IMG/VR virus record: IMGVR_UViG_2687453622_000001
Coordinates: 1-64,000 of that record
Length of the DNA: 64,000 nucleotides
From: a virus
Lineage: Duplodnaviria; Caudoviricetes
Reading direction: 5' to 3' (one strand)
Below the pieces are notes generated by a model. It saw nothing but the letters and a program-made list of their open reading frames with translations. It ran no database searches and was not told where the DNA came from. The position numbers and the translations under genes are program-made. This document shows positions 1-9,486 of the stretch, piece by piece (within the stretch, counting starts at the first letter, position 1; each line of letters opens with the position of its first letter).

Positions 1-462
1 TCAGAAGCCCTGCCATTCCGGCGTCTCGCGGCTCCTGTCGAAGTCGAAGCAGCCATCCCTCAGAAGGGCCATGAGATCGGGTTCGACGGGTTCGCCGGTC
101 ATAGGGTCGTTGACGACCAGATACAGGTCGGCGGCGTTGCGCCTCACGGCGGAGATTCGCCATGACTTCGGCAGACCGCCGGGCTCGAACGTCATGAGAC
201 GGTCGTCCGGCACCACGCGCCATGCGTCCGTCAGGCCGTTGCGCGGGTCGCGGTCGGGCAGGTCGGCGGACGGGCGCACGTCGTCGGGGTCGATTCTCCC
301 GAATGGCTCCTCGACCTTCCGGCTCCCGCCCGGCAGCAGATCGTCCGGCGAGGCGTCCGTTCCCGTCAGCCAGTTCCACGGGCGTTCCGGCCCGCTCCGC
401 CCCATCCACAGTCCGCCGCCCCCGTCGCGCCAGAGCGCCACGGTCTCCAGCTCCCTCGACAT
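1..462 (-). CDS. hypothetical protein
   Basis: ORF MSRELETVALW..., stop at 1-3; divergent from the ORF at 539; no recognised motif. Confidence 0.6.
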   Translation of the reverse strand: MSRELETVALWRDGGGGLWMGRSGPERPWNWLTGTDASPDDLLPGGSRKVEEPFGRIDPDDVRPSADLPDRDPRNGLTDAWRVVPDDRLMTFEPGGLPKSWRISAVRRNAADLYLVVNDPMTGEPVEPDLMALLRDGCFDFDRSRETPEWQGF

Positions 463-538
463 ATGCTCGCCAACCTTTCGTTGCTGTTTTCCTATCCATT
501 CAAGGCATGGCGCGGAAAGCGGCCGGACAGCCAAGGGC

Positions 539-1261
539 ATGACTGGTTACGCGGTGGAGTTCCGTATCCCGACGGAGCATTTCATGTCCTCACTGACCAA
601 GGTGTCCTCCACGACGAGGGTGAGGCACAGGGCTTGGATACGCAGGTACGCGCGTGGCGTCTGGCGGGCGGCCGTGGACGCGGGGGCATATCACTTGGAT
701 AGGTTCATGTGTCTTGTGGGGATTCAGTGGCCCGGCGAGTCCATCTATGGTCCCGCCGCCGCTCTGGAGACCGCCAAGCCGATCATCGACGCGGCCACTG
801 ACACCTGCGACCCACAAGGAAGGCATCTGCTGATCGAGGACGACGACCCTTCGCACCGTGTGATGACCGCCTACTACACGGTGCCCGGCACCTCGGCATG
901 CGGCGTGACGCTGTATGCCTCGATGATTCCGTTATCGCCCGAAGAACGGATGCCGAGTGGTGTGGTGAACAGATTCGAGGCGGGCGCACTGAAGGGGTAC
1001 ACCGCCAAGGTCTCCATACCCGACGGCACTTGGATGACCAGCAATCACCGGCTCGACCCGGAGGAGCGCAAGCTGCGCATGGAGAAAACGATGGCGCTTT
1101 CCTATGACATGTGGAAGGACAAGCCCGCCTTGAGCGGAAACGTGGGCGTCTTCTCCTCCATATCCTTCCCGAACCTCAATTACTTGGGCGACGTGGACAA
1201 CGCCGAGTGCATAGCGGGGCTTCTGGAGGGGGCCGTAGTGCTGGGGAAGCTGCGTATTTAG
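539..1261 (+). CDS. protein with two RusA-like (Holliday junction resolvase-like) repeats; 3' end cut by IS21
   Basis: Two similar halves (IPTEHFMSS...ETAKPIIDA...IEDDD and IPDGTWMTSN...GDVDNAECIAGLLEG); the last codons lie inside the IS end starting at 1251. Confidence 0.5.
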   Translation: MTGYAVEFRIPTEHFMSSLTKVSSTTRVRHRAWIRRYARGVWRAAVDAGAYHLDRFMCLVGIQWPGESIYGPAAALETAKPIIDAATDTCDPQGRHLLIEDDDPSHRVMTAYYTVPGTSACGVTLYASMIPLSPEERMPSGVVNRFEAGALKGYTAKVSIPDGTWMTSNHRLDPEERKLRMEKTMALSYDMWKDKPALSGNVGVFSSISFPNLNYLGDVDNAECIAGLLEGAVVLGKLRI

Positions 1262-1303
1262 TCGAGTCGGCGTTTCGTGATTGGTCACGAAAAAATTTCG
1301 ATT

Positions 1304-2110
1304 TTAGCCAAGGAGCGTTCCGGCCTGTTCCTTTGTCTTCTCCTTGGGTTCGGACGCGGGTCCGGCGGACGTCCTTCCGAACATGAGCGCCTCGCTGACG
1401 CGGTGGCTCTGCCCGGTGAACTCGAGCAGGCGTCCATGATGCACGATCCTGTCGATGATCGCGGCCGCGAGCTTGTCGTCCGCGAAGACCGTGCCCCATT
1501 TGCCGGACCCGATGTTCGTGGCGGACGCGATGCTCCGCCTCTCGTAGCTGCCCGCGATGATCCGGTGGAGCAGGCGCGCCCCGTCGATGTCGAACGGCAC
1601 GTAGCCGAACTCGTCCAAGATGATCGGGTCGGCCCTGCCGATGTCCCCGGGCATCGCGTCGAGGTTCCCGTCTCGTTTGGCCTTGCCGAGCTGGAGCACG
1701 AGCTCCGCGGTCTGGTGGAACCGCACGTTCAGGCCCCGTTCCACGGCCCTCATGCCCAGGCCGATCGCGAGGTAGGTCTTGCCCCTGCCGGTCTTGTCGT
1801 AGAACACCAGGTCCTGCGCGCAGGGCACGAAGTCCAGGTCCAGCAGACCGTCGAGCGCGTACCCGTCCGGGAGCCTCACGTTCGAGAAGTCGTAGCCGTC
1901 CAGGCTTTTGACGACGGGGAACCTGGCGCGGCGCAGGAGCCGTTCGCGTTTCGAGCGTTCCCCGTTGGCCGGTTCCGTGTCGAACGGCCTGGACGCCGCA
2001 TCGGTCTGCCGGGGCGTGGCCCGGCCCGTGAGATCGTCCATAGTGGCTTTGGATATGAACAGGCTCCTAGCCTTCGCGTAGAGCCCGTCGTCGTTCCTCG
2101 CGGCCATCAT
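1304..2110 (-). CDS. istB: IS21 helper ATPase IstB (degenerate Walker A)
   Basis: FYDKTGRGKT, ILDEFGYVP, DKLAAAIIDRIVHHG, FTGQSHR. Confidence 0.85.
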   Translation of the reverse strand: MMAARNDDGLYAKARSLFISKATMDDLTGRATPRQTDAASRPFDTEPANGERSKRERLLRRARFPVVKSLDGYDFSNVRLPDGYALDGLLDLDFVPCAQDLVFYDKTGRGKTYLAIGLGMRAVERGLNVRFHQTAELVLQLGKAKRDGNLDAMPGDIGRADPIILDEFGYVPFDIDGARLLHRIIAGSYERRSIASATNIGSGKWGTVFADDKLAAAIIDRIVHHGRLLEFTGQSHRVSEALMFGRTSAGPASEPKEKTKEQAGTLLG

Positions 2111-3568
2111 TCCGCTCCTTCCTCGTCCTTGGTGGCGAACGCGATGTCGTATTCGCCCAAGCCGGGCCTGCCGTCGTCGTATTCGACGCGGTCCACGCCC
2201 TCCGCGAGCCTAGCCGCGAGAAGCGCGACGCCGGTCGCCGCCGGCCCCACCGGTCGATTCGAGGGTCGTGGGCATCGCCCCGACCGCGTCGGCCCAGCCG
2301 GATTCCCGGTCCACGCGTCTGAGGGTCCGCAGCGCACCGCGCCGTTCCCCCTCGTCCTGCCGGTCGAGCCATTCTCGCAGCGGATCGGGCAGCATCTCGC
2401 GCACGAGGCCGTTGGGCCACGCGTTCGGCCTGTCGCACGGCATCGCCAACCGCATGGAGGGGTCCTCGCTGCTGGTGCCGGCCTGGCCGTACGCCCTTGG
2501 ACGGACGGCCGGATGGGTTCCCTCCACGTCGAGGATCTCGATCTCGAGGGCGCGCAGGCCGACGAGCACGTCGCGGCGCGCGTGGGACGCGTCCGTGGAG
2601 CAGCGGTGCCTGCCGTCAAGCGTGACCACGCCGTGCTTGTCGGCCCTCATGCGTTTCCACGTGACCACGTCGAAGCGTTTGGACGGCAGGGGCAGCAGGG
2701 CCTTGCGGCCCTCCGCGAACAGGACCGCCTCCTCCTCGTCCTTGGCGTGGCGGGGCTTCCCGCCGAGCTCCAGGCACCTGTCCGGGAGCCCGGAGTCGAA
2801 GTTCTCCGGGCTCCACACGCCCGGTCCGGGCACGAACAGCTTGCGGCGGATCATGCCGACCTTCGCCTCGACGGCGCCCTTCTCGTGTCCGGCGTACGGC
2901 GAGCACAGGGAGCTCTCGAACCCGTAGCGCGCCTGGAACGCCTGGAACAGGCGGGTCCCGCGTCCCACGCCCGCGGCGTCGTCGAACACGATGCGTTCGG
3001 GCACGCCGCCGAGCCATTCGAACAGGTCCAGCAGCGCCTGGCACGCGCATTCCGCGTTCTCGCCGGGCATGAGCTGGGCCAGGCCGATGTTCGAGTACGG
3101 GAAGTCCGGCACGAAACGGCGCATGCGCTGGACCGCGCCCCCGTACAGCACGTCGACCTCGCCGAAATCGGCCCGGGCCTCGTCCGGATGCCACACCAGG
3201 TCCACGAACGCGTCGCCGGGCTCCACGGCCGACTCGCGTCCGAGCCTGGCCACGGCACGGGTCACGGTCGACAACGACACCTCGGCGCCGTGCTCGTCGC
3301 GCAGCCACTCCCATATCCTGGTCGCGGTGTGACGCTGCTTGCGCCAGCTGCCGCGGTCCTCGGCCAGCCATCGCTCGATCAGGGGCGGGTACGGGTCGAC
3401 CACCGAACCGCGTCGTTTCCTGACGGGCGGCTTCTCGGACAGGTCGTCCATCCTGAGGTACTTGCGCACCGTGGGACCGCTCACGTGCTGCTTGCGCGCT
3501 ATCGACGCCATGGATTCGCCGTTCCTTCCCATACGGCGGATAGACTGTATCTGGGGCATGCCGGTCAT
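2107..3568 (-). pseudogene. istA: IS21 transposase IstA, C-terminal frameshift and many substitutions
   Basis: RKQRHTATRIW, ADFGE, GGVPERIVFDD, HEKGAVEAKVG; C-terminus continues in another frame to 2107. Confidence 0.8.
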
Positions 3569-3980
3569 TTGCCTTTTCGGCCCTTTCCGGCGGAGATACG
3601 AAGCACCATCCAGTTAAGGCCTGTGGATGGTCGGCATGCTCTTTGCCTAAACCCGAAAAAACTTTCGTGACTAAATCATTAATTTTTTATTGAACACAAA
3701 CACTCATGGGCCGAAGACATCAACACGGTCGCCGAACGGATCCGGCGCACGCTGGAATCGGCCAAGGCGAAGACCTTGTTCGGCGCGTGCCCGGCCTGCG
3801 GCGCGGGCGTATGGGGCGACCCCGGCCAACACATGGGCATATGCACCGGATGCGGCCAACAGATCGGCTGTGTTTTAGCAAGTTGGCGTCCGCTTTGTGA
3901 GCGGTGTTTTTCCGCAGTGTAGGCAGCGGGTTTTCCGCAGGGTGTGCGGTATCGGCCGCTGCCTGTCTGCGTTGTGTTGG

Positions 3981-4766
3981 TTATTTGGTCATGAGGGCGT
4001 GTTCGCTTCGGTAGGAGCGGCCCTCGAATCTGATGAGCCGTCCGTGGTGGACGGTGCGGTCGATGAGGGCGGCGGCCATGTTCTTGTCGCCGAGCACGCG
4101 TCCCCATCCGCTGAATTCGATGTTGGTGGTGTAGATGATGCTCCTTGTCTCGTAGGAATCGGAAATGATCTGGAAGAGGAGCCTGCTGCCCTCCTCGTCT
4201 ATGGGCAGGTAGCCGAACTCGTCGATGATGAGAAGTCGGGCCTTGCCGATGCTCGCGAGTTCCCGGTCGAGCCGGTTCTCCTGCTGGGCGCGGCGCAGAC
4301 GCATGAGCAGTCCGGTCGCGGTGAAGAAGCGCACCGGGACGCCCCGCTCGCAGGCGAGCCGTCCGATCGCGATGGCCAGGTGGCTCTTGCCGGTGCCGAC
4401 GGGCCCGTAGAGCACGAGGTCCTCGCATCCGGCGACGAAGTCGAGGTTCTCGAGCTGCGCGCGCCCCCAGTCGGCGGGCATCTTCAGGTTGGTCCAGTCA
4501 TAGCCGTCGAGGGTCTTGTCGGCGGGGAAGCCGGCCTGTTTGAGCAGGCGCAGGCGTTTGGATCGCTCGCGCGAGTCGAGTTCGGCCGTGAACCATCGTT
4601 CGATGAAGTCGAGCTGGTTGGGCGTGGCCTCGGCGAGCGTGCCGGCGAGCACGCTGCGTGTCAGGGTCAGGCTGCGGCTCATCTTCAGGATGCGTTCGCT
4701 TTTCTCGGTCGTGGACGCGCGCCTGCGTCGGGTCTCCGGGATCACCGGATCGGGTCTGACGCTCAC
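3981..4766 (-). CDS. istB: IS21 helper ATPase IstB
   Basis: GPVGTGKS Walker A, IIDEFGYLP Walker B, AALIDRTVHHG, FEGRSYR; GTG start overlapping istA stop. Confidence 0.92.
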   Translation of the reverse strand: MSVRPDPVIPETRRRRASTTEKSERILKMSRSLTLTRSVLAGTLAEATPNQLDFIERWFTAELDSRERSKRLRLLKQAGFPADKTLDGYDWTNLKMPADWGRAQLENLDFVAGCEDLVLYGPVGTGKSHLAIAIGRLACERGVPVRFFTATGLLMRLRRAQQENRLDRELASIGKARLLIIDEFGYLPIDEEGSRLLFQIISDSYETRSIIYTTNIEFSGWGRVLGDKNMAAALIDRTVHHGRLIRFEGRSYRSEHALMTK

Positions 4767-6265
4767 CGTTCTTCCCCTCCGTCGTCCGTGCCGGTGATGA
4801 ACCGGTCGTAGCCGCTCCGGTCGGGCTCCTCGATCCCGCCGGGGTATTCCCACTCGCCGTCGCGCATGCGCAACGCGATAGGGGTGAGCGAGTCCGCGTG
4901 CAGGCCCATGTCCCTGTTCGAGCGCAGGATCTCGCCGCACGCCTGCATCGCGGGATCGAACCCGGCCGCCCGGCACGCGTCCCCGATCGCTTTGAGGCTC
5001 TCCCTCAACGTCTTTTCGTCCATGGAATCAAGCCACGCGCGTATATCGTCGGGCACGTCCGGGCGGATCGAGCTTTCCCGCCACGCGCGGGGTTTGACCG
5101 CGAGCCGGGGAAGCACGAGCGCGGGATCCTCCACATTGCGCGACCGTCCGTACTGTCTGGGATATTCCGCGAGGAGCTCGCCGGTGGCGGGCGAGGTGAG
5201 CGTGACCGTGTCCCACCGGATCGCGGCCAGCACCTTGGAACGCGCCGAATCGGGGCCGGCGAGGTACCGGTTCGAGTCGATGTCGACCCGCCCGTACTTG
5301 TCGGCCGTCCGGCTTTCCCAGCGAACCGGGTCGAACGCCGTGGACGGCAACGGCATCAACGCGGCCCTCTCCTCGTCGAACACCTCGGCCACGGGCACGT
5401 CCAGCAACCTCGGGCAATACGAGTCCCTGGCGAGCCCGTCGCACCGCTCCAGCAGGAGACGGCTCAACTGCCCGTACGATTCCGCGCGCATGGGCGGCAC
5501 CATGAGATTGCGCCGCAAAAACCCGACCGCGTTCTCCACGCTGCCCTTCTCGTTGCCCGAATACGGGTTGCAGAACCGGACCTCGAGCCGGTAATGCGCC
5601 ACGAACGCGGAGAACACCCCGGTCAACGCGACCTCGCCCTTCGCGTTGCGCCGGCCGGCACCGGTCGCGTTGTCCATCACGATCACGGGAGGAACACCCC
5701 CGATATGCTCGAACACGAGCATCAGGCCATGGCACAGACACTCCGCGTTCTCGCCCGGCAACGCCACGCACAACCGCATGTTCGAATACGGCAACGAGAC
5801 CACCAGGCAATGCACGTCCGCCATCTCGCCAGCGATCCGGGCCCGGGCCACGCCGAAATCGACCTGCATGCTGCCCGCCGCCCACTCGAGCCGCACGTAC
5901 CCCTCGCGATCCGGCACGCCGCGGTTCGCCTCGCGCCACCGGTGCACGTAACGCATCGTGGTCGAATACTCGCCGTCGTAGTCCGTCTCCGCCAGCAGAC
6001 GGTCGTGCACGCGCCTGATCGTGTGCCGCTGCTTCCTGGGCAGCAGACGATCGGCCTCCAGCCACTCGTCCACCAGATGCGCGTACGGGTCGATCTTCGA
6101 CCCGTACCTGCGATCCGCCTTCGGCTTGGGCGAGCAATCCTCCATATCCGCGTACTTCGCGACCGTCCCGCGATCCACGTGAAGACGCCGCGCTATCTGC
6201 GCGCGCGACATTCCCTGCCGGTCGAGTCTCCTGATATCTTGCACAATGGGCATCGGTATCGCCAT
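4763..6265 (-). CDS. istA: IS21 DDE transposase IstA
   Basis: N-terminal HTH, QVDFG, VMDNAT, NEKGSVENAVG; RBS GGAAAGGA. Confidence 0.92.
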   Translation of the reverse strand: MAIPMPIVQDIRRLDRQGMSRAQIARRLHVDRGTVAKYADMEDCSPKPKADRRYGSKIDPYAHLVDEWLEADRLLPRKQRHTIRRVHDRLLAETDYDGEYSTTMRYVHRWREANRGVPDREGYVRLEWAAGSMQVDFGVARARIAGEMADVHCLVVSLPYSNMRLCVALPGENAECLCHGLMLVFEHIGGVPPVIVMDNATGAGRRNAKGEVALTGVFSAFVAHYRLEVRFCNPYSGNEKGSVENAVGFLRRNLMVPPMRAESYGQLSRLLLERCDGLARDSYCPRLLDVPVAEVFDEERAALMPLPSTAFDPVRWESRTADKYGRVDIDSNRYLAGPDSARSKVLAAIRWDTVTLTSPATGELLAEYPRQYGRSRNVEDPALVLPRLAVKPRAWRESSIRPDVPDDIRAWLDSMDEKTLRESLKAIGDACRAAGFDPAMQACGEILRSNRDMGLHADSLTPIALRMRDGEWEYPGGIEEPDRSGYDRFITGTDDGGEER

Positions 6266-6877
6266 GTTCCTTTCCTTCCCGAGCGCCGGCCGGCGGCAAC
6301 CGGCCGAATCAAAACCGATTGGCAACTCGGGAATATACAGGCGGCGGCACCGATGCCTATCACATCACCGGGAAACGATGACGACACCGGGGAAAACCAT
6401 CAGCCCACACTACGGAAAAACACTGCCGAACCTGTCGAACAAACATTGAAGCAAAACAATCGGCAGATGGCACGTGGCCGACGCGCTGCTCGAACGACTC
6501 GCCGAAACCGAGGTCACGGGCACTCCCGCCCAACCCAGCCGCGAATGCGCCAAGGCCGGCATCCGCCTGCCCGCCAGCACCATCCGCGGCTGGATCCACA
6601 AAGGCAAGCTCCAGACCGACCCGAACGGGCGTGTAAGCCTCAGTCGGCTCGTGCCCCTGCTGCGCGAACGAGGGGAACGGCGATGAGGCATATTGACCTG
6701 AGATTCTGTGAAGGAATTGTAAGTCACTTTTTCGGTGTTATCGGAAGCCCGCAGTGCAAGAGCCTGAAAACGTTGGAATTTGAGGCGTGTCGTGCCTCAA
6801 TCGTGTCTGAATCGTGTCTGGAAACACCCAAAAATCGTGTCTAGACACGATAAAATCAGAGGTTTCCGGAAATGAAG

Positions 6878-6907
6878 AAGCCCGGAATTCATTGGAATTC
6901 CGGGCTT
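6878..6907 (-). terminator. stem-loop downstream of the tRNA fragment
   Basis: AAGCCCGGAATTC-ATTG-GAATTCCGGGCTT perfect 13-bp stem. Confidence 0.75.
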
Positions 6908-6909
6908 TC

Positions 6910-6949
6910 TGGTCGGGCCGGCGGGATTTGAACCCGCGACCCCTTGACC
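6910..6949 (-). other. 3' half of tRNA-Pro (att core), not a full tRNA
   Basis: Reverse strand GGTCAAGGGGTCGCGGGTTCAAATCCCGCCGGCCCGACCA: T-arm with GGTTCAAAT, acceptor 3' strand and CCA; 5' half absent. Confidence 0.85.
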
Positions 6950-7167
6950 GCTCCAAACCTAAAACGATGGAATGCGACAGCTTTCACAACACCCCAAAAT
7001 GGCTGGAATCAAGCCATTTCCAAAGCACCGCGAAAACGGTTGGCATCCGCACCGACGGCTGGGCGCGGCAGTCATCGTGTCTGAATCGTGTCTGACCGAC
7101 CCGACGATAACAAAGTTCCTTCGTGAGCAGAATAACGCCGATGAACCCTTATTCACAAGTCGCGCAG

Positions 7168-7779
7168 TCAAAGCAGTTTTGTGAGGTCGTAATTGTTGTC
7201 AGCGTTTAGACTCTTGTCGTAAGCATTGTCAATATAACGAGATGGATTATTAACGAAGTCTTCCATCTTCACATAGGATAGGTAGGATCCTGAGAGCTTA
7301 TCTATGGATTGGCAATCCGGGCAAGCATACACTTTAGGTTTCTGATTTCCCCTGTTTGCCTTCATAATTGGGAAGGTCAGCTCTTCGTTGTAGCTCACTG
7401 TTACATGGCCGTCCGGATGGTTGATTTCCGAGATAAACCACGAGTAGTTTCCATAGAATGGTGGGATAACCCCAAGTAAGCCATCTGTGTGCGATGTACG
7501 ACCATCCCGTGAGATGTTTTTGAGAGAATAGCTGATTTCCCAATCGATCCAATTGCTCTGAAGCATGTTGGGCGAAAGAACAATGATTGTCACCGTAGTG
7601 TCATAAATCATCTGCTTGAGGTGATTCTTAATGTTCTCAGTAGTCGTGTCAGTGAGATTGGGCGAATCGGATGTTTCTCCCTTATAGAAGACGGCGTCAT
7701 CTCCCAGAGCATCAAGTATCTGATCACGATAAAAACGAGACTCGCTGTATTTATATGAGATGAAAGTCTTGTGTGCCAT
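7168..7779 (-). CDS. TIR-domain protein (ThsB/MTH538-like)
   Basis: KTFISY, TVTIIVLSP, SNWIDWEISYSL with the catalytic-position Glu; low GC. Confidence 0.85.
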   Translation of the reverse strand: MAHKTFISYKYSESRFYRDQILDALGDDAVFYKGETSDSPNLTDTTTENIKNHLKQMIYDTTVTIIVLSPNMLQSNWIDWEISYSLKNISRDGRTSHTDGLLGVIPPFYGNYSWFISEINHPDGHVTVSYNEELTFPIMKANRGNQKPKVYACPDCQSIDKLSGSYLSYVKMEDFVNNPSRYIDNAYDKSLNADNNYDLTKLL

Positions 7780-7790
7780 GAACTTCCTTT

Positions 7791-8216
7791 CTACGCGCAG
7801 ACTATAACAATGACACCAAGGAGCAGCAGCCCGACATACACCGGTGCCGTCGCAGCAGCTTTAAGACAGCATACCCACTTCAAGAATCCACGTTCAGTCT
7901 CTTCGGGCCTCATATCATAGAGGTCCTTCTCGTCATTAACCGCTTTTTCAAAGGTCTTCCTGTAACTTCTTTCCAGCATCAGATAGTAGGCATCCAGCAT
8001 CCAGAATATAAAGATGGCCGCAATGCCTGCCACTCCAAGCAATACGCTCTTCGAGGTCATGGCTGCGCCAAAGCACAATGCCAACACAGGAATGATCCAC
8101 TGCTTCAAGGACGCTGAATTACGTGCCATGCGTTCTATGGCTCCTTGAAGAAACGCAAGGTATTGTCGCTTATCTTCGACGTTGTGTTTGTCTATTTCCG
8201 TTTTAGATTCTGTCAT
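7791..8216 (-). CDS. small multi-TM membrane protein, candidate effector of the TIR gene
   Basis: LAFLQGAIERMARNS..LKQW, hydrophobic segments, FWMLDAYYL..ER; 11 bp upstream of the TIR gene. Confidence 0.75.
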   Translation of the reverse strand: MTESKTEIDKHNVEDKRQYLAFLQGAIERMARNSASLKQWIIPVLALCFGAAMTSKSVLLGVAGIAAIFIFWMLDAYYLMLERSYRKTFEKAVNDEKDLYDMRPEETERGFLKWVCCLKAAATAPVYVGLLLLGVIVIVCA

Positions 8217-9471
8217 TAAAGTGACCTTACCCGTTCCATAAGTTTCTCGTAGGTGTCAGCTTGTTCGTAATGGACATCACCGGCAAGTTGCAGTTCGTTA
8301 AAAAGACGCTCCGCGCATCTGATTTTGCTGTCCTCAATGCCGCGCAGTTCAGGCTGCTCATAGTGCCTTTGGTTTCTGCGATGAAGAAGATATGCTTCAA
8401 CCCGCTGTCCTCGCGGAAGGCGACGGCCCAGTCGGGAGCGTAGTTGCCGACCGGGGTGGGGATTTGGAAGCCGCGCGGCAGCTTGGCGTAGATGGCGACT
8501 TCGGAAGCGGCTTCGAGCCCTCGGGTGAATTACGCTTCCACGCCCTTTTTGGGGTCGCCGTCGGGGAACACCCAGTCCTGCACGCATTTGCTGACCCGGA
8601 TGGCGTCGGTTTCGTCGCGCCCACCCGCGTTTGCGAAGATGGTGGAATCGTATTCGCCTTGGATCCGGTCGTAGCTGATGTGGTCCACGATCATCGCAGC
8701 CTTCTGCTCGATGATAAGCCGGCTCACCTTGGCGATGAACTGCTCCGGGTTGTCCTGGAGATATGTACGCCTTTTGATATTAGTTTGCTTCTCGTTGAAG
8801 TATATTTCTCCGCTCTTCATTTTCTGATCAAGAGTCTCTTTGCTCCAACGCCATCCATTTGCCGGAGGCTTAATAATATTGCCATTGGGTGCCACAATTT
8901 CATATCGAAGATTTTCCCGATAATTAGGCGAGTTAAGAGGATCACCATCAAACCAAGCACCACGAGGATCGTTGTCAGGATTTTTAAAATGCCTACGCTT
9001 CTCAGGATCCTGAAGACGATTAGGCTGCCAACCAGGTTTCTTTGAGTAGATTAATATATCGTTGTAGTCATTAGAGAATTGCTTTGCATCGTTATTGCTG
9101 TTATCAGAAGATCTCCAGATAACTTTGTTCACAAAGCACTCATTGCCGAAAACTTCATCGCATATTTTCTTGAGGTTCGCAGACTCATTTTCATCGATGC
9201 TAATAAAGATTACGCCATCACTGGCGAGTAGATCCCTGGCCAGCAGCAAACGCGGGTAAATCATTGAGCACCAGTCGGAATGAAAGCGGCCGTTGCTTTC
9301 GGGATTGACAACTAGCTGACCGCCATCGTCATCGTAATCGCCGCTTTCGGCTTTGCCGGTCTGCTGGTCGGTGACTTCGGTGAGCACGTCGGGGAACAAT
9401 GCGACGAGCTTGTCCACGTTCTCCTCGGTGAGGTCGGGCGTGCGGCCGCCGATGTGTTGGATGTCGCTCAT
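8216..9471 (-). pseudogene. collapsed type III R-M: Mod N-terminal part fused to Res C-terminal part
   Basis: Mod motifs ENVDKLVALFP, GRFHSDWCSMIYPRL, FISIDENE join at about 8760 to Res motifs NPEQFI, YAKLPRGFQIPTPVGNYAPDW, AETKG; internal stop at 8530 and a later frameshift. Confidence 0.85.
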
Positions 9472-9486
9472 TGCTGTTCTCCTTGG

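Larger units (their letters stand above)
1251..3702 (-). mobile_element. IS21-family insertion sequence, degenerate
   Basis: istA/istB pair; TG...CA ends with related internal repeats (GATTGGTCACGAAA left, GATTTAGTCACGAAA on the reverse strand right); no target duplication seen; right end uncertain by about 4 bp. Confidence 0.8.
3869..6458 (-). mobile_element. IS21-family insertion sequence, apparently intact
   Basis: TG...CA ends; 6-bp target duplication ATCGGC at 3863-3868 and 6459-6464; istA-istB overlap. Confidence 0.92.
3703..6686 (+). pseudogene. phage-type Zn-ribbon/HTH protein split by IS21 (pieces 3703-3868 and 6465-6686); 5' end missing
   Basis: Removing the IS and one ATCGGC copy restores ...GACPACGAGVWG...CTGCGQQIG-RWHVADALLERL...ASTIRGWIHKGKL. 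Confidence 0.75.
6800..7094. repeat. integrase arm-type repeats ATCGTGTCTG flanking a tRNA-derived att core
   Basis: Copies at 6800, 6811, 7074, 7085 plus palindrome ATCGTGTCTAGACACGAT at 6834-6851. Confidence 0.75.

Noticed and set aside
1277-6844. Long plus-strand ORFs (797 aa, 304 aa, 648 aa) over the IS21 elements
   Set aside because: Antisense shadows of istA/istB in high-GC DNA; no motifs
6910-6949. Functional tRNA-Pro gene
   Set aside because: Only the 3' half is present; D-arm and 5' acceptor strand are missing
7168-8216. Canonical Thoeris system
   Set aside because: No ThsA with SIR2/SLOG or Macro domain; reported as a TIR plus TM candidate instead
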